Positions 1-11,435 of a stretch of DNA of 64,000 nt are shown here, piece by piece (the first letter of the stretch is position 1; each line of letters opens with the position of its first letter). The DNA is taken from NCBI RefSeq assembly GCF_016026235.1, contig NZ_CP065613.1. One strand, written 5' to 3'. The translations under genes and the position numbers were made by a program. This DNA is from Escherichia coli. Lineage in GTDB: Bacteria > Pseudomonadota > Gammaproteobacteria > Enterobacterales > Enterobacteriaceae. Under the pieces are notes generated by a model, which saw nothing but the letters and a program-made list of their open reading frames with translations, had not been told where the DNA came from and made no database searches.

Positions 1-828
1 CACTGTTCGTACCTGAATTAATTTATCGACCGGGATCCGTGATGGGCAATTTTTTGCGCATTTGCCACAATCGATACAACTTTCGGCATTGCGACGAATC
101 TTAAACGGCGATAATAGCGAAACCACGCCCATCAGCGCGCCATATGGGCAAAGATAACGACACCAGGCATGGCGAATAAACAGGCTGGCAATCAGCAAAA
201 CGGTCACGCTGATTAATGTCGCGGTCCCCATATGACGAAAGAAATCGAGCATTTTAACGTCCATCACCACGCTGTAGGGCGACAACATAAAATAGTGAAT
301 CGCCTGAGCAGGCATCAATAACGCGATATAGAGAAAAAAACTCAACAGCAAATACTTTACACCGCGCAGAGGAATATCCAGCCAGCGGGGAAGGACACAT
401 TGCCGACCAAACAGTTTGTTACCGAGAGCGCCGATTAATTCAGAAAGCGTACCAACCGGGCATAACCATGAACAAAAGGCCTTTTTGAGTAATAGACTGA
501 TGACGATAAAAGCGACCAATAACAGCATTGCGGCGGCGTGGACGGACGGTAACTGACCTGTTGCAAGGCTATATTTCAGATTCATCAGACCGGCAATCGG
601 TAGCCAGCCTTCGATACCTCCCGGTCTGGCGACAAATGTCGTGCTACTTGCCGTTTCGTAATAGCGCACCCAATACCAGAACGTGATGGCAATATAAATA
701 TTCATTGCCAACAGTAATAATTGCGTCGCTTTACGCCAGGTCGTGGCATTGCGCCAGTCATTCCACGGTAATTTGCCGCCCGTCGTGCCTGGCCGCCGCT
801 GCCAGCGGGTTCTTTTTTTCTCTGCCAT
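1..828 (-). CDS. yccM: YccM polyferredoxin-like membrane protein (3' end lies beyond the left edge of the window)
   Basis: Reverse-strand ATG at 826-828 (MAEKKRTRWQRRPGTT...), open through position 1 in frame. The ferredoxin-type Cys cluster ESCIDCGKCAKNCP is encoded near the left edge. It sits next to torS as in K-12. Confidence 0.85.
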   Translation of the reverse strand, partial: MAEKKRTRWQRRPGTTGGKLPWNDWRNATTWRKATQLLLLAMNIYIAITFWYWVRYYETASSTTFVARPGGIEGWLPIAGLMNLKYSLATGQLPSVHAAAMLLLVAFIVISLLLKKAFCSWLCPVGTLSELIGALGNKLFGRQCVLPRWLDIPLRGVKYLLLSFFLYIALLMPAQAIHYFMLSPYSVVMDVKMLDFFRHMGTATLISVTVLLIASLFIRHAWCRYLCPYGALMGVVSLLSPFKIRRNAESCIDCGKCAKNCPSRIPVDKLIQVRTV

Positions 829-899
829 GATTTTGCCAGTCCGTTAAGTTGCATACCAAATGCCACTATTCTAGTTATTCTTAACTGGCTGATATTGAT

Positions 900-3644
900 T
901 CAAATCGCGTTCAGGTCTTTCTTATTCAACCATGCTTCCAGAGCGGCAACACTGCGTGTAATTTCTTCGTGTGGAAGGGGGGCAGATAATGGCTGCTGCT
1001 CCAGTTGTGCGCATAGCTGACTGGCGCTACGCATTCCCAGACTCGAGCAACTGCTTTTTAGCTGATGCGCGGCACGCTTTATTTTCTCGCTGTCTTGGCT
1101 GGCGCGGGCAATGTCGATTTCATCGAGAAGCGGCAGGGCATGTTGTTTAAATAATGCCAGCCATTCGTGGATCTTCTCCGTCCCCATTAACTGAGCGTCT
1201 TCATTGAGTTGCGAGACATCCAGTGGTAGATCGTTATTGGCTTGCAGTTGGAGATAGTGCGCCAGTAACTGACCGAGCACTTCACGCGGCACCGGTTTAG
1301 GGATAATCCCGCGAAATAGTGAACTGGTACGCTGGCGCAGCGTTTCGTCAATGACATGGGCGCTAAAGCCAATCAAAACCAGCGACGGATATTGCTGTGC
1401 CAGTTGCCGGGCAAGCGTAATGCCGTCGACATCCGGCAGATCAAAATCCACCAGTGCGGCAGCAAACGGTTCGCTATTTTGCAGTGTCTCTAAAGCCTGC
1501 GCGGCATTGCCAATAGCAACAACCTGCGCACCACTGGTGTTCAGCATCTCAACGGTAATTCGCTGGGTTAGCGGGTTATCTTCAATTAACAGCAAACGTA
1601 AACCGTCAAGACGCACCGCCTGATTGGCTGTTTTTGGCACGGGTGCAGTGGCAACACGTAACGGCAAGCGTAAACAAAAACAGCTTCCAACCTCCGGCGT
1701 GCTGGTGGCGCTCAGTTCGCCGCCCATCGCCTGGGCCAGACGGCTACTGATAGTCAGCCCCAGCCCGGTGCCGCCGCGTTTGCCGCTTACCTGCACAAAT
1801 GGCTGGAAGATTTCTGCCAGTTTCGCGGGATCAATACCGCAGCCGCTGTCTTCCACTTCGACCAGCCATTGCTCGCCATCAGTGCGACTACGCAGGATAA
1901 TGTGCCCTTCGTCAGTAAAACGCAGGGCATTGCTCAACAGGTTGGTAATGACCTGACGAATACGTCGCGGATCGCCCATTAACGCGCTCGGTACATCATC
2001 GGCAATTGCCGTTGCCAGGCGAATCGGGCGACCTTTCACCCGTCCGCTCATTAATTGCAGGGTACTTTCCAGCAGCGGGCGCGGTTCAAAGGGCTCATCG
2101 CTGACCGAAACATTTTTGCCACCTGCTTCGATAGCCGAATAATCGAGAATATCGTTGAGGATGGTCAGCAACGATTCGCCAGAGTCGGTAATCGCCCGCA
2201 AATCATCACGCTGGGCGTTAAGTGCGGGGTTATCTGCCAGCAGTTGAGCAGTGCCGAGAATACCGTACAGCGGTGTGCGGATCTCATGGCTCATCGCCGC
2301 CAGAAACGCCGATTTTGCCTGGTTGGCTTTTTCTGCTTCCGCCCGTGCCTGTCGGTGTTCTATCACCAGTTCCTGCAATTCAGCTGTACGCGCTTTGACC
2401 TGCGCCGCCAGCTGTTCACGGTGGCGATTCAGTGCATGAACAGTGCTGCGAAACGCATCCATCAGCCGCCCGATGGTATCCAGCTCCCGTACGCCAGCGG
2501 TTTCCGGGAAAGGGGAGTCAATATCACCGTCCAGCAGCCGTTGCAGCGCCTGCGTTTGTTCGGCAAGTGGACGCGTGACTGAGCGATAAACCACGCGCCA
2601 AAGGATCAGAATCAGTGCGCAAAGTGAAACCATCCCCAGCAATAACAGGCTGTATTGCCCGCGTGCACTGGCTTTTTCCAGATGCGCCAGTCCGTGCTGA
2701 TTACGCAGCTCAATGGTGTCGACCAGCTGACTGACTTCGCTACTAAACTGCGCGAACTGGGCGATGTTATTTTGTGCGAGAGTTTGTAGGTGATTGCTGA
2801 TTTCACTGTCCTGCTGATACAGCGCCAGCAAATCGCTATATTGGCTAACGGTAGTTAACGTTGTTGCGACCTGCGCACGAACACCCGGATCTTCAATGCG
2901 TATTTGCCGACGTTGCAGAATTTTCACCGCATTATTGAGCTGCTTTTCCAGCGTTGGTGCATTTTTCTGGATCTGCTCCAGCCCCAGATTCATCACCATT
3001 TGCTGCACCCGCAGAGCGCTAAGGCGCAGTTCATTCATCTGGTTAACATACTCAAGATCGATATCAATCAGCCGATCGAGTGCACTTTCAGCAGCCTGAC
3101 GCTGATCTTGTTCGATCAAATCGTAAATCCCGGCCTGGGTCGCTCCAGCGGAAGTTGTCGCATTATTCGCCTGACCTTGCGCCAGGCGTGCGATCTCATC
3201 GGCGGCAGCGACTATCTGCTGACTGAGTTGCCGTTGTTGCTGGCGTAGTTGCAGACGCCGCCCCACCAGTTCCCCTTGCTGACGTAATGAACGGGAGATC
3301 TCCTGCTCCTGTTGTTCAATAGCGGTGGTATCAAAACCTTGTTCCCGTAACGCTTGCAGCAACGCATTAATCTTCAGGCTTTGTGCGGTGAGCATTCGCC
3401 CCTGCGCCTGCCACATCTTTTCGTTATCGGCACTGGTCAGGTTCTGCGCGGCGAAAAGTTCCCAGGCGCTGGCTTCGCTCAACTGGCGCGCCATATTCAT
3501 GGTAGGAATCAATGCCTGAGTGTTGTCTTTTTCCACCTGGCTGATAAAGCGCAGGTTGTACCATCCCACCAGGGTACTGGTCAGGGTTAACAGCGCCATC
3601 AGGGCAAAGCCCATCCAGAGTCTTCGGGTCAGGGTTAAATTCAC
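900..3644 (-). CDS. torS: TMAO sensor hybrid histidine kinase TorS
   Basis: The 983-aa track ORF was trimmed to GTG 3642-3644 ([10 protein letters not shown]...), giving 914 aa. H-box SHEIRTPL, an ATPase domain, a receiver and a C-terminal HPt region are recognisable. Confidence 0.95.
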   Translation of the reverse strand: MNLTLTRRLWMGFALMALLTLTSTLVGWYNLRFISQVEKDNTQALIPTMNMARQLSEASAWELFAAQNLTSADNEKMWQAQGRMLTAQSLKINALLQALREQGFDTTAIEQQEQEISRSLRQQGELVGRRLQLRQQQRQLSQQIVAAADEIARLAQGQANNATTSAGATQAGIYDLIEQDQRQAAESALDRLIDIDLEYVNQMNELRLSALRVQQMVMNLGLEQIQKNAPTLEKQLNNAVKILQRRQIRIEDPGVRAQVATTLTTVSQYSDLLALYQQDSEISNHLQTLAQNNIAQFAQFSSEVSQLVDTIELRNQHGLAHLEKASARGQYSLLLLGMVSLCALILILWRVVYRSVTRPLAEQTQALQRLLDGDIDSPFPETAGVRELDTIGRLMDAFRSTVHALNRHREQLAAQVKARTAELQELVIEHRQARAEAEKANQAKSAFLAAMSHEIRTPLYGILGTAQLLADNPALNAQRDDLRAITDSGESLLTILNDILDYSAIEAGGKNVSVSDEPFEPRPLLESTLQLMSGRVKGRPIRLATAIADDVPSALMGDPRRIRQVITNLLSNALRFTDEGHIILRSRTDGEQWLVEVEDSGCGIDPAKLAEIFQPFVQVSGKRGGTGLGLTISSRLAQAMGGELSATSTPEVGSCFCLRLPLRVATAPVPKTANQAVRLDGLRLLLIEDNPLTQRITVEMLNTSGAQVVAIGNAAQALETLQNSEPFAAALVDFDLPDVDGITLARQLAQQYPSLVLIGFSAHVIDETLRQRTSSLFRGIIPKPVPREVLGQLLAHYLQLQANNDLPLDVSQLNEDAQLMGTEKIHEWLALFKQHALPLLDEIDIARASQDSEKIKRAAHQLKSSCSSLGMRSASQLCAQLEQQPLSAPLPHEEITRSVAALEAWLNKKDLNAI

Positions 3645-3726
3645 GGTCGGTGCACTTAAGGTGAAAAAGGTTGAGTCGCAAAGCGGAATGCATCTAGCAT
3701 AAAGCCTTATTATTGATGAGGCTATC

Positions 3727-4755
3727 ATGCGCGTACTGCTATTTTTACTTCTTTCCCTTTTCATGTTGCCGGCATTTTCGGCTGATAACCTGTTGCGCTG
3801 GCATGATGCGCAGCATTTCATGGTGCAAGCCTCTATGCCGCTTAAAGCCAAACGCGCATGGAAACTGTGCGCGCTTTATCCCAGCCTGAAAGATTCATAC
3901 TGGTTATCGTTGAACTATGGTATGCAGGAGGCAGCTCGCCGTTATGGTGTGGATTTAAAAGTGCTGGAGGCAGGCGGCTACAGCCAGTTGGCTACCCAGC
4001 AAGCACAAATCGACCAGTGTAAACAGTGGGGCGCAGAGGCCATTTTACTCGGTAGTAGCACGACCTCATTTCCCGATCTGCAAAAGCAGGTAGCAAGTCT
4101 GCCGGTGATCGAACTGGTAAATGCTATTGATGCTCCCCAGGTGAAAAGCCGCGTTGGTGTACCTTGGTTTCAGATGGGCTATCAACCTGGGCGATATTTG
4201 GTGCAATGGGCGCACGGTAAACCACTGAACGTGCTGTTGATGCCCGGACCCGATAATGCCGGGGGCAGTAAAGAGATGGTCGAGGGTTTTCGCGCAGCCA
4301 TTGCCGGAAGCCCGGTGCGTATTGTTGATATTGCGCTTGGTGATAACGATATTGAAATCCAGCGTAACCTGTTGCAGGAGATGCTGGAACGCCACCCAGA
4401 AATCGACGTCGTTGCCGGAACGGCCATTGCGGCAGAGGCGGCAATGGGTGAAGGGCGTAACCTGAAAACGCCGCTTACCGTGGTGTCGTTTTATCTTTCA
4501 CATCAGGTGTATCGCGGGCTGAAGCGGGGAAGAGTGATTATGGCTGCCAGCGATCAAATGGTCTGGCAGGGGGAACTGGCGGTTGAGCAGGCCATCAGGC
4601 AATTACAGGGGCAATCGGTGTCTGATAATGTCAGCCCACCGATTTTAGTTCTGACGCCGAAAAATGCCGACCGTGAACATATTCGCCGCTCGCTGTCACC
4701 AGGGGGATTTCGTCCGGTCTATTTTTATCAGCACACATCAGCGGCTAAGAAATAA
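3727..4755 (+). CDS. torT: Periplasmic TMAO-binding protein TorT
   Basis: 342-aa ORF with signal peptide [19 protein letters not shown]. Divergent from torS and convergent with (overlapping) torR. Confidence 0.95.
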   Translation: MRVLLFLLLSLFMLPAFSADNLLRWHDAQHFMVQASMPLKAKRAWKLCALYPSLKDSYWLSLNYGMQEAARRYGVDLKVLEAGGYSQLATQQAQIDQCKQWGAEAILLGSSTTSFPDLQKQVASLPVIELVNAIDAPQVKSRVGVPWFQMGYQPGRYLVQWAHGKPLNVLLMPGPDNAGGSKEMVEGFRAAIAGSPVRIVDIALGDNDIEIQRNLLQEMLERHPEIDVVAGTAIAAEAAMGEGRNLKTPLTVVSFYLSHQVYRGLKRGRVIMAASDQMVWQGELAVEQAIRQLQGQSVSDNVSPPILVLTPKNADREHIRRSLSPGGFRPVYFYQHTSAAKK

Positions 4756-5420
4756 CCTTCACCATGTTGCGTCACCAGTAAATCCGCGCTGAGTTTATGA
4801 CGTAAACGACGAATTAACACATCGACGGTGCGCAGGTCAGGGTTTTCCACCCGACGCGCAGAAAGCATACGTAGCAGACGTTCACGGCTGAGAATTTCGC
4901 CCGGATTCGTCACAAATGCCACCAACATTTCATACTCTGCGCGGGTCAGTTTAATCGGCTCGCCATCCCGCTCCAGCGTATGGCGCGACACATTCAGGCA
5001 ATAACCGGCAAAGCGATAGCAGTTGTCCTGAGTGTGCGGTTGAGCTTGTCGCGCGAGGTCGATTCGCCAGAGCAGATTTTTCACCCGTACTACCAGTTCG
5101 CGCAGTTCCAGCGGTTTGGTGACGTAATCGTCTGCGCCCATTTCCAGCCCAACAATACGGTCAATCCGATCGCTGCGTCCGGTAACCAGAATAATCCCCA
5201 CCGTTGAGCGTTCTCGCAGGGCGCGGGTTAACATCAGGCCATTTTCATCGGGTAAGTTGATATCCAGCAGAATTAAATCTACCGGCTGATTCTGCATAAT
5301 TTCCCGCAGCCCGGCACCGCTCGCTGTAACGGAAACGGTATACCCCTCCTGAGTGAAGTAAGATTGTAATCGCGCCTGGGTAACCGGCTCATCTTCAACA
5401 ATAACAATGTGATGTGGCAT
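4728..5420 (-). CDS. torR: OmpR-family response regulator TorR
   Basis: 230-aa ORF with an N-terminal receiver and a C-terminal winged helix. Divergent from torC. Confidence 0.96.
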   Translation of the reverse strand: MPHHIVIVEDEPVTQARLQSYFTQEGYTVSVTASGAGLREIMQNQPVDLILLDINLPDENGLMLTRALRERSTVGIILVTGRSDRIDRIVGLEMGADDYVTKPLELRELVVRVKNLLWRIDLARQAQPHTQDNCYRFAGYCLNVSRHTLERDGEPIKLTRAEYEMLVAFVTNPGEILSRERLLRMLSARRVENPDLRTVDVLIRRLRHKLSADLLVTQHGEGYFLAADVC

Positions 5421-5438
5421 CAGAGGGTTTTACTCATT

Positions 5439-5501
5439 CTGTTCATATCTGTTCATATTCTGCCGTAAGCCGTTCATCCTGACCAGTGCCGCTGTTCATA
5501 T
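5439..5501 (+). promoter_or_regulatory. torC promoter tor boxes (TorR binding decamers)
   Basis: CTGTTCATAT occurs at 5439-5448, 5449-5458 and 5492-5501, and CCGTTCATCC at 5470-5479, between the torR and torC starts. This matches the four described tor boxes. Confidence 0.9.
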
Positions 5502-5549
5502 TTGCTCATTAAGATCGCTTCACTAAACCATAATTTTACAGGGGCTATT

Positions 5550-6722
5550 ATGCGGAAACTCTGGAACGCGCTACGCCGACCCAGTGCTCGTTGGTCGGTA
5601 CTGGCGCTGGTCGCAATTGGGATTGTGATTGGCATTGCGCTGATTGTATTGCCACACGTTGGGATCAAAGTCACCAGCACAACCGAATTTTGTGTCAGTT
5701 GCCACAGTATGCAACCGGTATATGAAGAATATAAACAGTCGGTGCATTTCCAGAACGCCTCCGGCGTGCGAGCTGAATGCCATGACTGTCATATCCCGCC
5801 GGATATTCCAGGCATGGTGAAGCGCAAACTGGAAGCGAGCAATGATATCTACCAGACCTTTATTGCTCACTCCATTGATACACCTGAAAAATTCGAAGCC
5901 AAACGCGCGGAACTTGCCGAGCGTGAATGGGCGCGAATGAAAGAAAACAACTCGGCAACCTGCCGCTCCTGCCATAACTACGATGCGATGGATCATGCGA
6001 AGCAGCATCCTGAAGCGGCACGTCAGATGAAGGTGGCAGCGAAAGATAATCAATCCTGCATCGACTGTCATAAAGGTATTGCCCACCAGTTACCGGATAT
6101 GAGTAGCGGCTTCCGTAAGCAGTTCGATGAGCTGCGCGCCAGTGCTAATGACAGTGGTGACACGCTGTACTCTATTGATATTAAGCCAATTTATGCGGCG
6201 AAAGGCGATAAAGAAGCCTCTGGTTCTCTGCTGCCTGCTTCGGAAGTGAAAGTCCTTAAACGTGACGGCGACTGGCTGCAAATTGAAATTACCGGCTGGA
6301 CGGAAAGCGCCGGACGTCAGCGTGTACTCACCCAATTCCCAGGTAAACGCATCTTTGTTGCCTCGATTCGTGGTGATGTGCAGCAGCAGGTAAAAACGCT
6401 GGAGAAAACCACCGTTGCCGACACCAATACCGAGTGGAGCAAGTTGCAGGCCACTGCGTGGATGAAGAAAGGTGACATGGTGAACGATATCAAACCGATC
6501 TGGGCTTATGCGGATTCGTTGTACAACGGCACCTGTAACCAGTGCCACGGCGCACCGGAAATCTCTCACTTTGATGCTAACGGCTGGATTGGCACGCTCA
6601 ACGGCATGATTGGCTTTACCAGCCTCGATAAACGTGAAGAACGCACCTTGTTGAAATATCTGCAAATGAATGCGTCTGACATCGCAGGTAAGGCTCACGG
6701 CGATAAGAAGGAAGAAAAATAA
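5550..6722 (+). CDS. torC: Pentahaem c-type cytochrome TorC
   Basis: 390 aa from internal ATG 5550 (MRKLWNALRR...). Five CxxCH motifs: CVSCH, CHDCH, CRSCH, CIDCH, CNQCH. Confidence 0.95.
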   Translation: MRKLWNALRRPSARWSVLALVAIGIVIGIALIVLPHVGIKVTSTTEFCVSCHSMQPVYEEYKQSVHFQNASGVRAECHDCHIPPDIPGMVKRKLEASNDIYQTFIAHSIDTPEKFEAKRAELAEREWARMKENNSATCRSCHNYDAMDHAKQHPEAARQMKVAAKDNQSCIDCHKGIAHQLPDMSSGFRKQFDELRASANDSGDTLYSIDIKPIYAAKGDKEASGSLLPASEVKVLKRDGDWLQIEITGWTESAGRQRVLTQFPGKRIFVASIRGDVQQQVKTLEKTTVADTNTEWSKLQATAWMKKGDMVNDIKPIWAYADSLYNGTCNQCHGAPEISHFDANGWIGTLNGMIGFTSLDKREERTLLKYLQMNASDIAGKAHGDKKEEK

Positions 6723-9262
6723 TGAACAATAACGATCTCTTTCAGGCATCACGTCGGCGTTTTCTGGCACAACTCGGCGGCTTAACAGTCGCCGGGATGC
6801 TGGGGCCGTCATTGTTAACGCCGCGCAGTGCGACTGCGGCGCAAGCGGCGGCTGTCATCTCGAAAGAGGGCATTCTTACCGGGTCGCACTGGGGGGCTAT
6901 CCGCGCGACGGTGAAGGATGGTCGCTTTGTGGCGGCAAAACCGTTCGAACTGGATAAATATCCGTCGAAAATGATTGCCGGATTGCCGGATCACGTACAC
7001 AACGCGGCGCGTATTCGTTATCCGATGGTACGCGTGGACTGGCTGCGTAAGCGCCATCTCAGCGATACCTCCCAGCGCGGTGATAACCGTTTTGTGCGCG
7101 TGAGCTGGGATGAAGCCCTCGACATGTTCTATGAAGAACTGGAACGCGTGCAGAAAACTCACGGGCCGAGTGCCTTGCTGACCGCCAGTGGTTGGCAATC
7201 GACGGGGATGTTCCATAACGCTTCGGGGATGCTGGCGAAAGCTATTGCCTTGCATGGTAATAGCGTTGGTACGGGCGGAGATTACTCTACCGGTGCTGCG
7301 CAGGTGATCCTGCCGCGCGTAGTCGGTTCGATGGAAGTGTATGAACAGCAAACCTCCTGGCCGCTGGTATTGCAGAACAGCAAAACCATTATGCTGTGGG
7401 GCTCCGATTTGCTGAAAAACCAGCAAGCGAACTGGTGGTGCCCGGATCACGATGTTTATGAATATTACGAGCAACTAAAAGCGAAAGTCGCCGCCGGTGA
7501 AATTGAGGTCATCAGCATCGATCCGGTTGTCACATCCACCCATGAGTATCTGGGGCGCGAGCATGTGAAGCACATTGCGGTTAACCCGCAAACTGACGTG
7601 CCGCTGCAACTGGCGCTGGCGTATACGCTGTACAGTGAAAACCTGTACGACAAAAACTTCCTCGCTAACTACTGTGTAGGTTTTGAGCAGTTCCTGCCGT
7701 ATCTGCTGGGTGAGAAAGACGGTCAGCCGAAAGATGCCGCATGGGCTGAAAAACTGACCGGCATTGATGCCGAAACCATTCGTGGGCTGGCGCGGCAGAT
7801 GGCGGCGAACAGAACGCAAATTATTGCTGGCTGGTGCGTGCAGCGTATGCAGCACGGTGAACAGTGGGCGTGGATGATTGTGGTTCTGGCGGCGATGCTG
7901 GGGCAAATTGGCCTGCCAGGTGGTGGTTTTGGTTTTGGCTGGCACTACAACGGCGCAGGCACGCCGGGGCGTAAAGGCGTTATTCTGAGTGGTTTCTCCG
8001 GCTCTACGTCGATTCCGCCTGTTCACGACAACAGTGACTACAAAGGCTACAGCAGCACCATTCCGATTGCCCGTTTTATCGATGCGATCCTCGAACCGGG
8101 GAAAGTGATCAACTGGAACGGTAAATCGGTAAAATTGCCGCCACTGAAAATGTGTATTTTTGCCGGAACTAACCCATTCCATCGCCATCAGCAGATCAAC
8201 CGCATTATTGAAGGCTGGCGCAAGCTGGAAACGGTTATCGCCATAGATAACCAGTGGACCTCAACCTGCCGCTTTGCCGATATCGTACTGCCTGCGACCA
8301 CGCAGTTTGAGCGTAACGATCTCGACCAGTACGGCAACCACTCCAACCGTGGCATTATCGCCATGAAACAGGTGGTGCCGCCGCAGTTCGAGGCGCGCAA
8401 CGACTTTGATATTTTCCGCGAGCTGTGCCGTCGCTTTAATCGCGAAGAAGCCTTTACCGAAGGGCTGGACGAAATGGGCTGGCTGAAACGCATCTGGCAG
8501 GAAGGTGTACAACAAGGCAAAGGACGCGGCGTTCATCTGCCAGCGTTTGATGACTTCTGGAATAACAAAGAGTACGTCGAGTTTGACCATCCGCAGATGT
8601 TTGTTCGCCACCAGGCATTCCGCGAAGATCCGGATCTCGAACCGCTGGGCACGCCGAGTGGCCTGATTGAGATCTACTCGAAAACCATCGCCGATATGAA
8701 CTACGACGATTGTCAGGGGCATCCGATGTGGTTTGAGAAAATCGAACGCTCCCGCGGTGGGCCCGGCTCGCAGAAGTATCCGTTGCATCTGCAATCTGTG
8801 CATCCGGATTTCCGACTTCACTCGCAGTTATGTGAGTCGGAAACTCTGCGTCAGCAATATACGGTAGCGGGTAAAGAGCCAGTATTCATTAACCCGCAGG
8901 ATGCCAGCGCGCGCGGTATTCGTAACGGTGATGTGGTACGCGTCTTTAACGCTCGCGGTCAGGTGTTGGCAGGGGCAGTAGTTTCTGACCGCTATGCACC
9001 CGGCGTGGCACGAATTCACGAAGGGGCATGGTACGATCCAGATAAAGGCGGCGAGCCTGGTGCGCTGTGCAAATACGGTAACCCCAACGTGTTGACAATC
9101 GACATCGGTACTTCGCAGCTGGCGCAGGCGACCAGTGCGCACACTACGCTGGTGGAAATTGAGAAGTACAACGGAACAGTGGAGCAGGTAACGGCGTTTA
9201 ACGGCCCCGTGGAGATGGTGGCGCAGTGCGAATATGTTCCCGCGTCGCAGGTGAAATCATGA
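6722..9262 (+). CDS. torA: Trimethylamine-N-oxide reductase TorA (molybdoenzyme)
   Basis: 846-aa ORF with twin-arginine signal [11 protein letters not shown]. The ATG overlaps the torC stop. Confidence 0.96.
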   Translation: MNNNDLFQASRRRFLAQLGGLTVAGMLGPSLLTPRSATAAQAAAVISKEGILTGSHWGAIRATVKDGRFVAAKPFELDKYPSKMIAGLPDHVHNAARIRYPMVRVDWLRKRHLSDTSQRGDNRFVRVSWDEALDMFYEELERVQKTHGPSALLTASGWQSTGMFHNASGMLAKAIALHGNSVGTGGDYSTGAAQVILPRVVGSMEVYEQQTSWPLVLQNSKTIMLWGSDLLKNQQANWWCPDHDVYEYYEQLKAKVAAGEIEVISIDPVVTSTHEYLGREHVKHIAVNPQTDVPLQLALAYTLYSENLYDKNFLANYCVGFEQFLPYLLGEKDGQPKDAAWAEKLTGIDAETIRGLARQMAANRTQIIAGWCVQRMQHGEQWAWMIVVLAAMLGQIGLPGGGFGFGWHYNGAGTPGRKGVILSGFSGSTSIPPVHDNSDYKGYSSTIPIARFIDAILEPGKVINWNGKSVKLPPLKMCIFAGTNPFHRHQQINRIIEGWRKLETVIAIDNQWTSTCRFADIVLPATTQFERNDLDQYGNHSNRGIIAMKQVVPPQFEARNDFDIFRELCRRFNREEAFTEGLDEMGWLKRIWQEGVQQGKGRGVHLPAFDDFWNNKEYVEFDHPQMFVRHQAFREDPDLEPLGTPSGLIEIYSKTIADMNYDDCQGHPMWFEKIERSRGGPGSQKYPLHLQSVHPDFRLHSQLCESETLRQQYTVAGKEPVFINPQDASARGIRNGDVVRVFNARGQVLAGAVVSDRYAPGVARIHEGAWYDPDKGGEPGALCKYGNPNVLTIDIGTSQLAQATSAHTTLVEIEKYNGTVEQVTAFNGPVEMVAQCEYVPASQVKS

Positions 9263-9858
9263 CCACGCTGACAGCACAACAGATTGCCTGTGTTTACGCC
9301 TGGCTGGCGCAGTTGTTCTCCCGTGAACTGGACGATGAACAACTGACGCAAATCGCCAGTGCGCAGATGGCTGAATGGTTTTCGTTGCTGAAAAGCGAAC
9401 CGCCGCTCACTGCGGCGGTGAATGAACTGGAGAAACGTATTGCCGCTGTGACCGTACGTGACGATGCTCGCCTGGAACTGGCCGCTGACTTTTGCGGCCT
9501 GTTTCTGATGACTGACAAACAAGCGGCGCTGCCGTATGCATCGGCCTACAAACAGGACGAGCAAGAGATTAAACGCTTGTTAGTTGAGGCAGGGATGGAA
9601 ACCAGCGGCAATTTCAACGAACCGGCAGATCATCTGGCGATCTATCTCGAGTTGTTGAGTCATCTGCATTTTTCGCTGGGAGAGGGGACGGTTCCTGCGC
9701 GAAGAATCGACAGTTTACGGCAAAAAACACTCACGGCGCTGTGGCAATGGTTACCAGAGTTTGCTTCGCGTTGTCGTCAGTATGACAGCTTTGGTTTTTA
9801 CGCGGCACTAAGCCAGTTATTGCTGGTGTTAGTTGAGGGCGACCACCAAAACAGATAA
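9259..9858 (+). CDS. torD: TorA-specific chaperone TorD
   Basis: 199 aa from ATG 9259 ([15 protein letters not shown]...). ATGA overlap with the torA stop. Confidence 0.95.
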   Translation: MTTLTAQQIACVYAWLAQLFSRELDDEQLTQIASAQMAEWFSLLKSEPPLTAAVNELEKRIAAVTVRDDARLELAADFCGLFLMTDKQAALPYASAYKQDEQEIKRLLVEAGMETSGNFNEPADHLAIYLELLSHLHFSLGEGTVPARRIDSLRQKTLTALWQWLPEFASRCRQYDSFGFYAALSQLLLVLVEGDHQNR

Positions 9859-9870
9859 CGTCGTTTGTGC

Positions 9871-9941
9871 GCCTGAAAAGATGCGTTTAGCGTCGCATCA
9901 GGCATTATGGCGCAGTTGCCGGATGCGTCATCACATCCGGC
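9871..9941. repeat. REP (palindromic unit) pair
   Basis: GCCTGA...GATGCG...CGCATCAGGC (9871-9903) and GCCGGATGCG...CATCCGGC (9918-9941), between convergent torD and cbpM. Confidence 0.8.
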
Positions 9942-9950
9942 AAACACACA

Positions 9951-10256
9951 TCACGGATGAGCTACAAACCGGGAAAGCCGCTGGCGCAGCAGGCGGTTTT
10001 CCTGCTTCAGGTGCGCAATATCATCCATTAACGTCAGCGCCACCGCGATCCCCGGCCAGTCCAGAGCGAGTTCATGACGCAGGCGTACCGCACGTTGCAC
10101 CACAATGGCGGCATGGTCGTCAAATACCCAGGTTGTTTCCTGGATCTCACGCGGTTCAACCACCCCCAAACCGACAATTTCATTCAACTCCTCTTCAGAG
10201 ATGCCGGTATGCAGGCAAAATTCGGTAATAGTAAAAGTCACCGTAACATTAGCCAT
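9951..10256 (-). CDS. cbpM: CbpA modulator CbpM
   Basis: 101 aa from internal ATG ([13 protein letters not shown]...). Its start overlaps the cbpA stop by 1 nt (TAATG). Confidence 0.93.
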
Positions 10257-11176
10257 TATGCTTTCCCCCAATCTTTACGTGGATCAAAAGACGACTGGGC
10301 GTCTGCCAGTTGCTGCCACAGCGCGGCAGTGTTTTCATCCGGTTTCGGCGGCATCACGATTTTCAGTACCGCATACAGATCGCCGGTCTGTTTTTTGCTC
10401 ACCAGACCTTTGCCTTTAACGCGCAATCGTTGCCCGGCCTGGCTGCCTGGCGGGATAGTCAGCAAAATGCTTTCTTTCAGTGTTGGAACGGTGACTTTAG
10501 CACCCAGCGCCGCTTCCCACGGGCTAACCGGCACCACAATTTCCAGATCCTGGCCGACAATATCAAACAGCGGATGTGGCGCAATATGAATCACCAGCCA
10601 CAGGTCGCCATTTGGACCGCCGTTTTCGCCCGGCGTCCCCTGGCCTTTCAGACGGATGCGTTGACCATTGCCGACGCCCGCCGGGATCTTCACATTCAGC
10701 GTTTTCGGAATTTCCTGTTCGATCATGCCAAAGGCGTTATAAACCGGCAGGTTATAGCTGATGGTACGCTTATGCTCAGTAAGCGTTTCTTCGAGGAATA
10801 CCGCCACTTCGATTTCAATATCGTGGCCGCGTGTGGCGGGGCGTTGACGGCTCTGGCGGGCATGCTGACCGAAAATTGACGAGAAGATATCGTCAAAATC
10901 TTCGGCGTTAAAACTCTGACCGTCGCCATGATGGAACTGACGGTTAAATTGCGGATCGTTGCGATGTTGCCACATCTGATCATACTCAGCGCGACGTTGT
11001 TCATCACTTAACACTTCCCAGGCTTCAGCGACCTCTTTGAAGCGGGCTTCGGCATCCGGTTCTTTGCTGACATCAGGATGGTATTTACGGGCCAGTCGAC
11101 GATAGGCGGTCTTGATTGTCTTGAGATCGTCCGTCGGTTTCACGCCCATGATGGCGTAATAATCCTTTAATTCCAT
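10256..11176 (-). CDS. cbpA: Curved-DNA-binding DnaJ-like co-chaperone CbpA
   Basis: 306-aa ORF with a J-domain containing HPD (KYHPDVS). Confidence 0.96.
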
Positions 11177-11435
11177 AGCGTTATCTCGCGTAAATCAACA
11201 CAAATTGAAGGAACCCCTGTAAGGTAACTCCTATAAGTGTAGGGTAATCCTCAAAATTTCATATGCCAACACAGAATATGTTATTGAAATCATCGCGGAG
11301 AGGAGGTCGCCTCAAGGTGGGGTGCTGAACATATTTTAAACAGGTGAAAAAGGGTGAGCGATTTTTGATAGTTGAACCAGGCACTTTAAGTTTAACTAGG
11401 GCGTCATTATTTATTAAATTTTATAGGCGCTATAT

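Noticed and set aside
1187-3702. Numerous 60-175-aa ORFs on both strands inside torS (for example 2055-2582 +, 2904-3248 +, 3424-3693 -), and similar nested ORFs inside torC/torA, putA, rut genes, opgH and others.
   Set aside because: They lie entirely within, or antisense to, long well-recognised genes. They have no RBS or recognisable motifs. They are typical of GC-rich coding sequence read in the wrong frame.
3645-3851. N-terminal 69-codon extension of torS in the track ORF (983 aa), overlapping the torT start.
   Set aside because: The extension has no TorS-like sequence and would overlap the divergent torT promoter and start. GTG at 3642-3644 gives the expected [11 protein letters not shown]-terminus and first TM segment.
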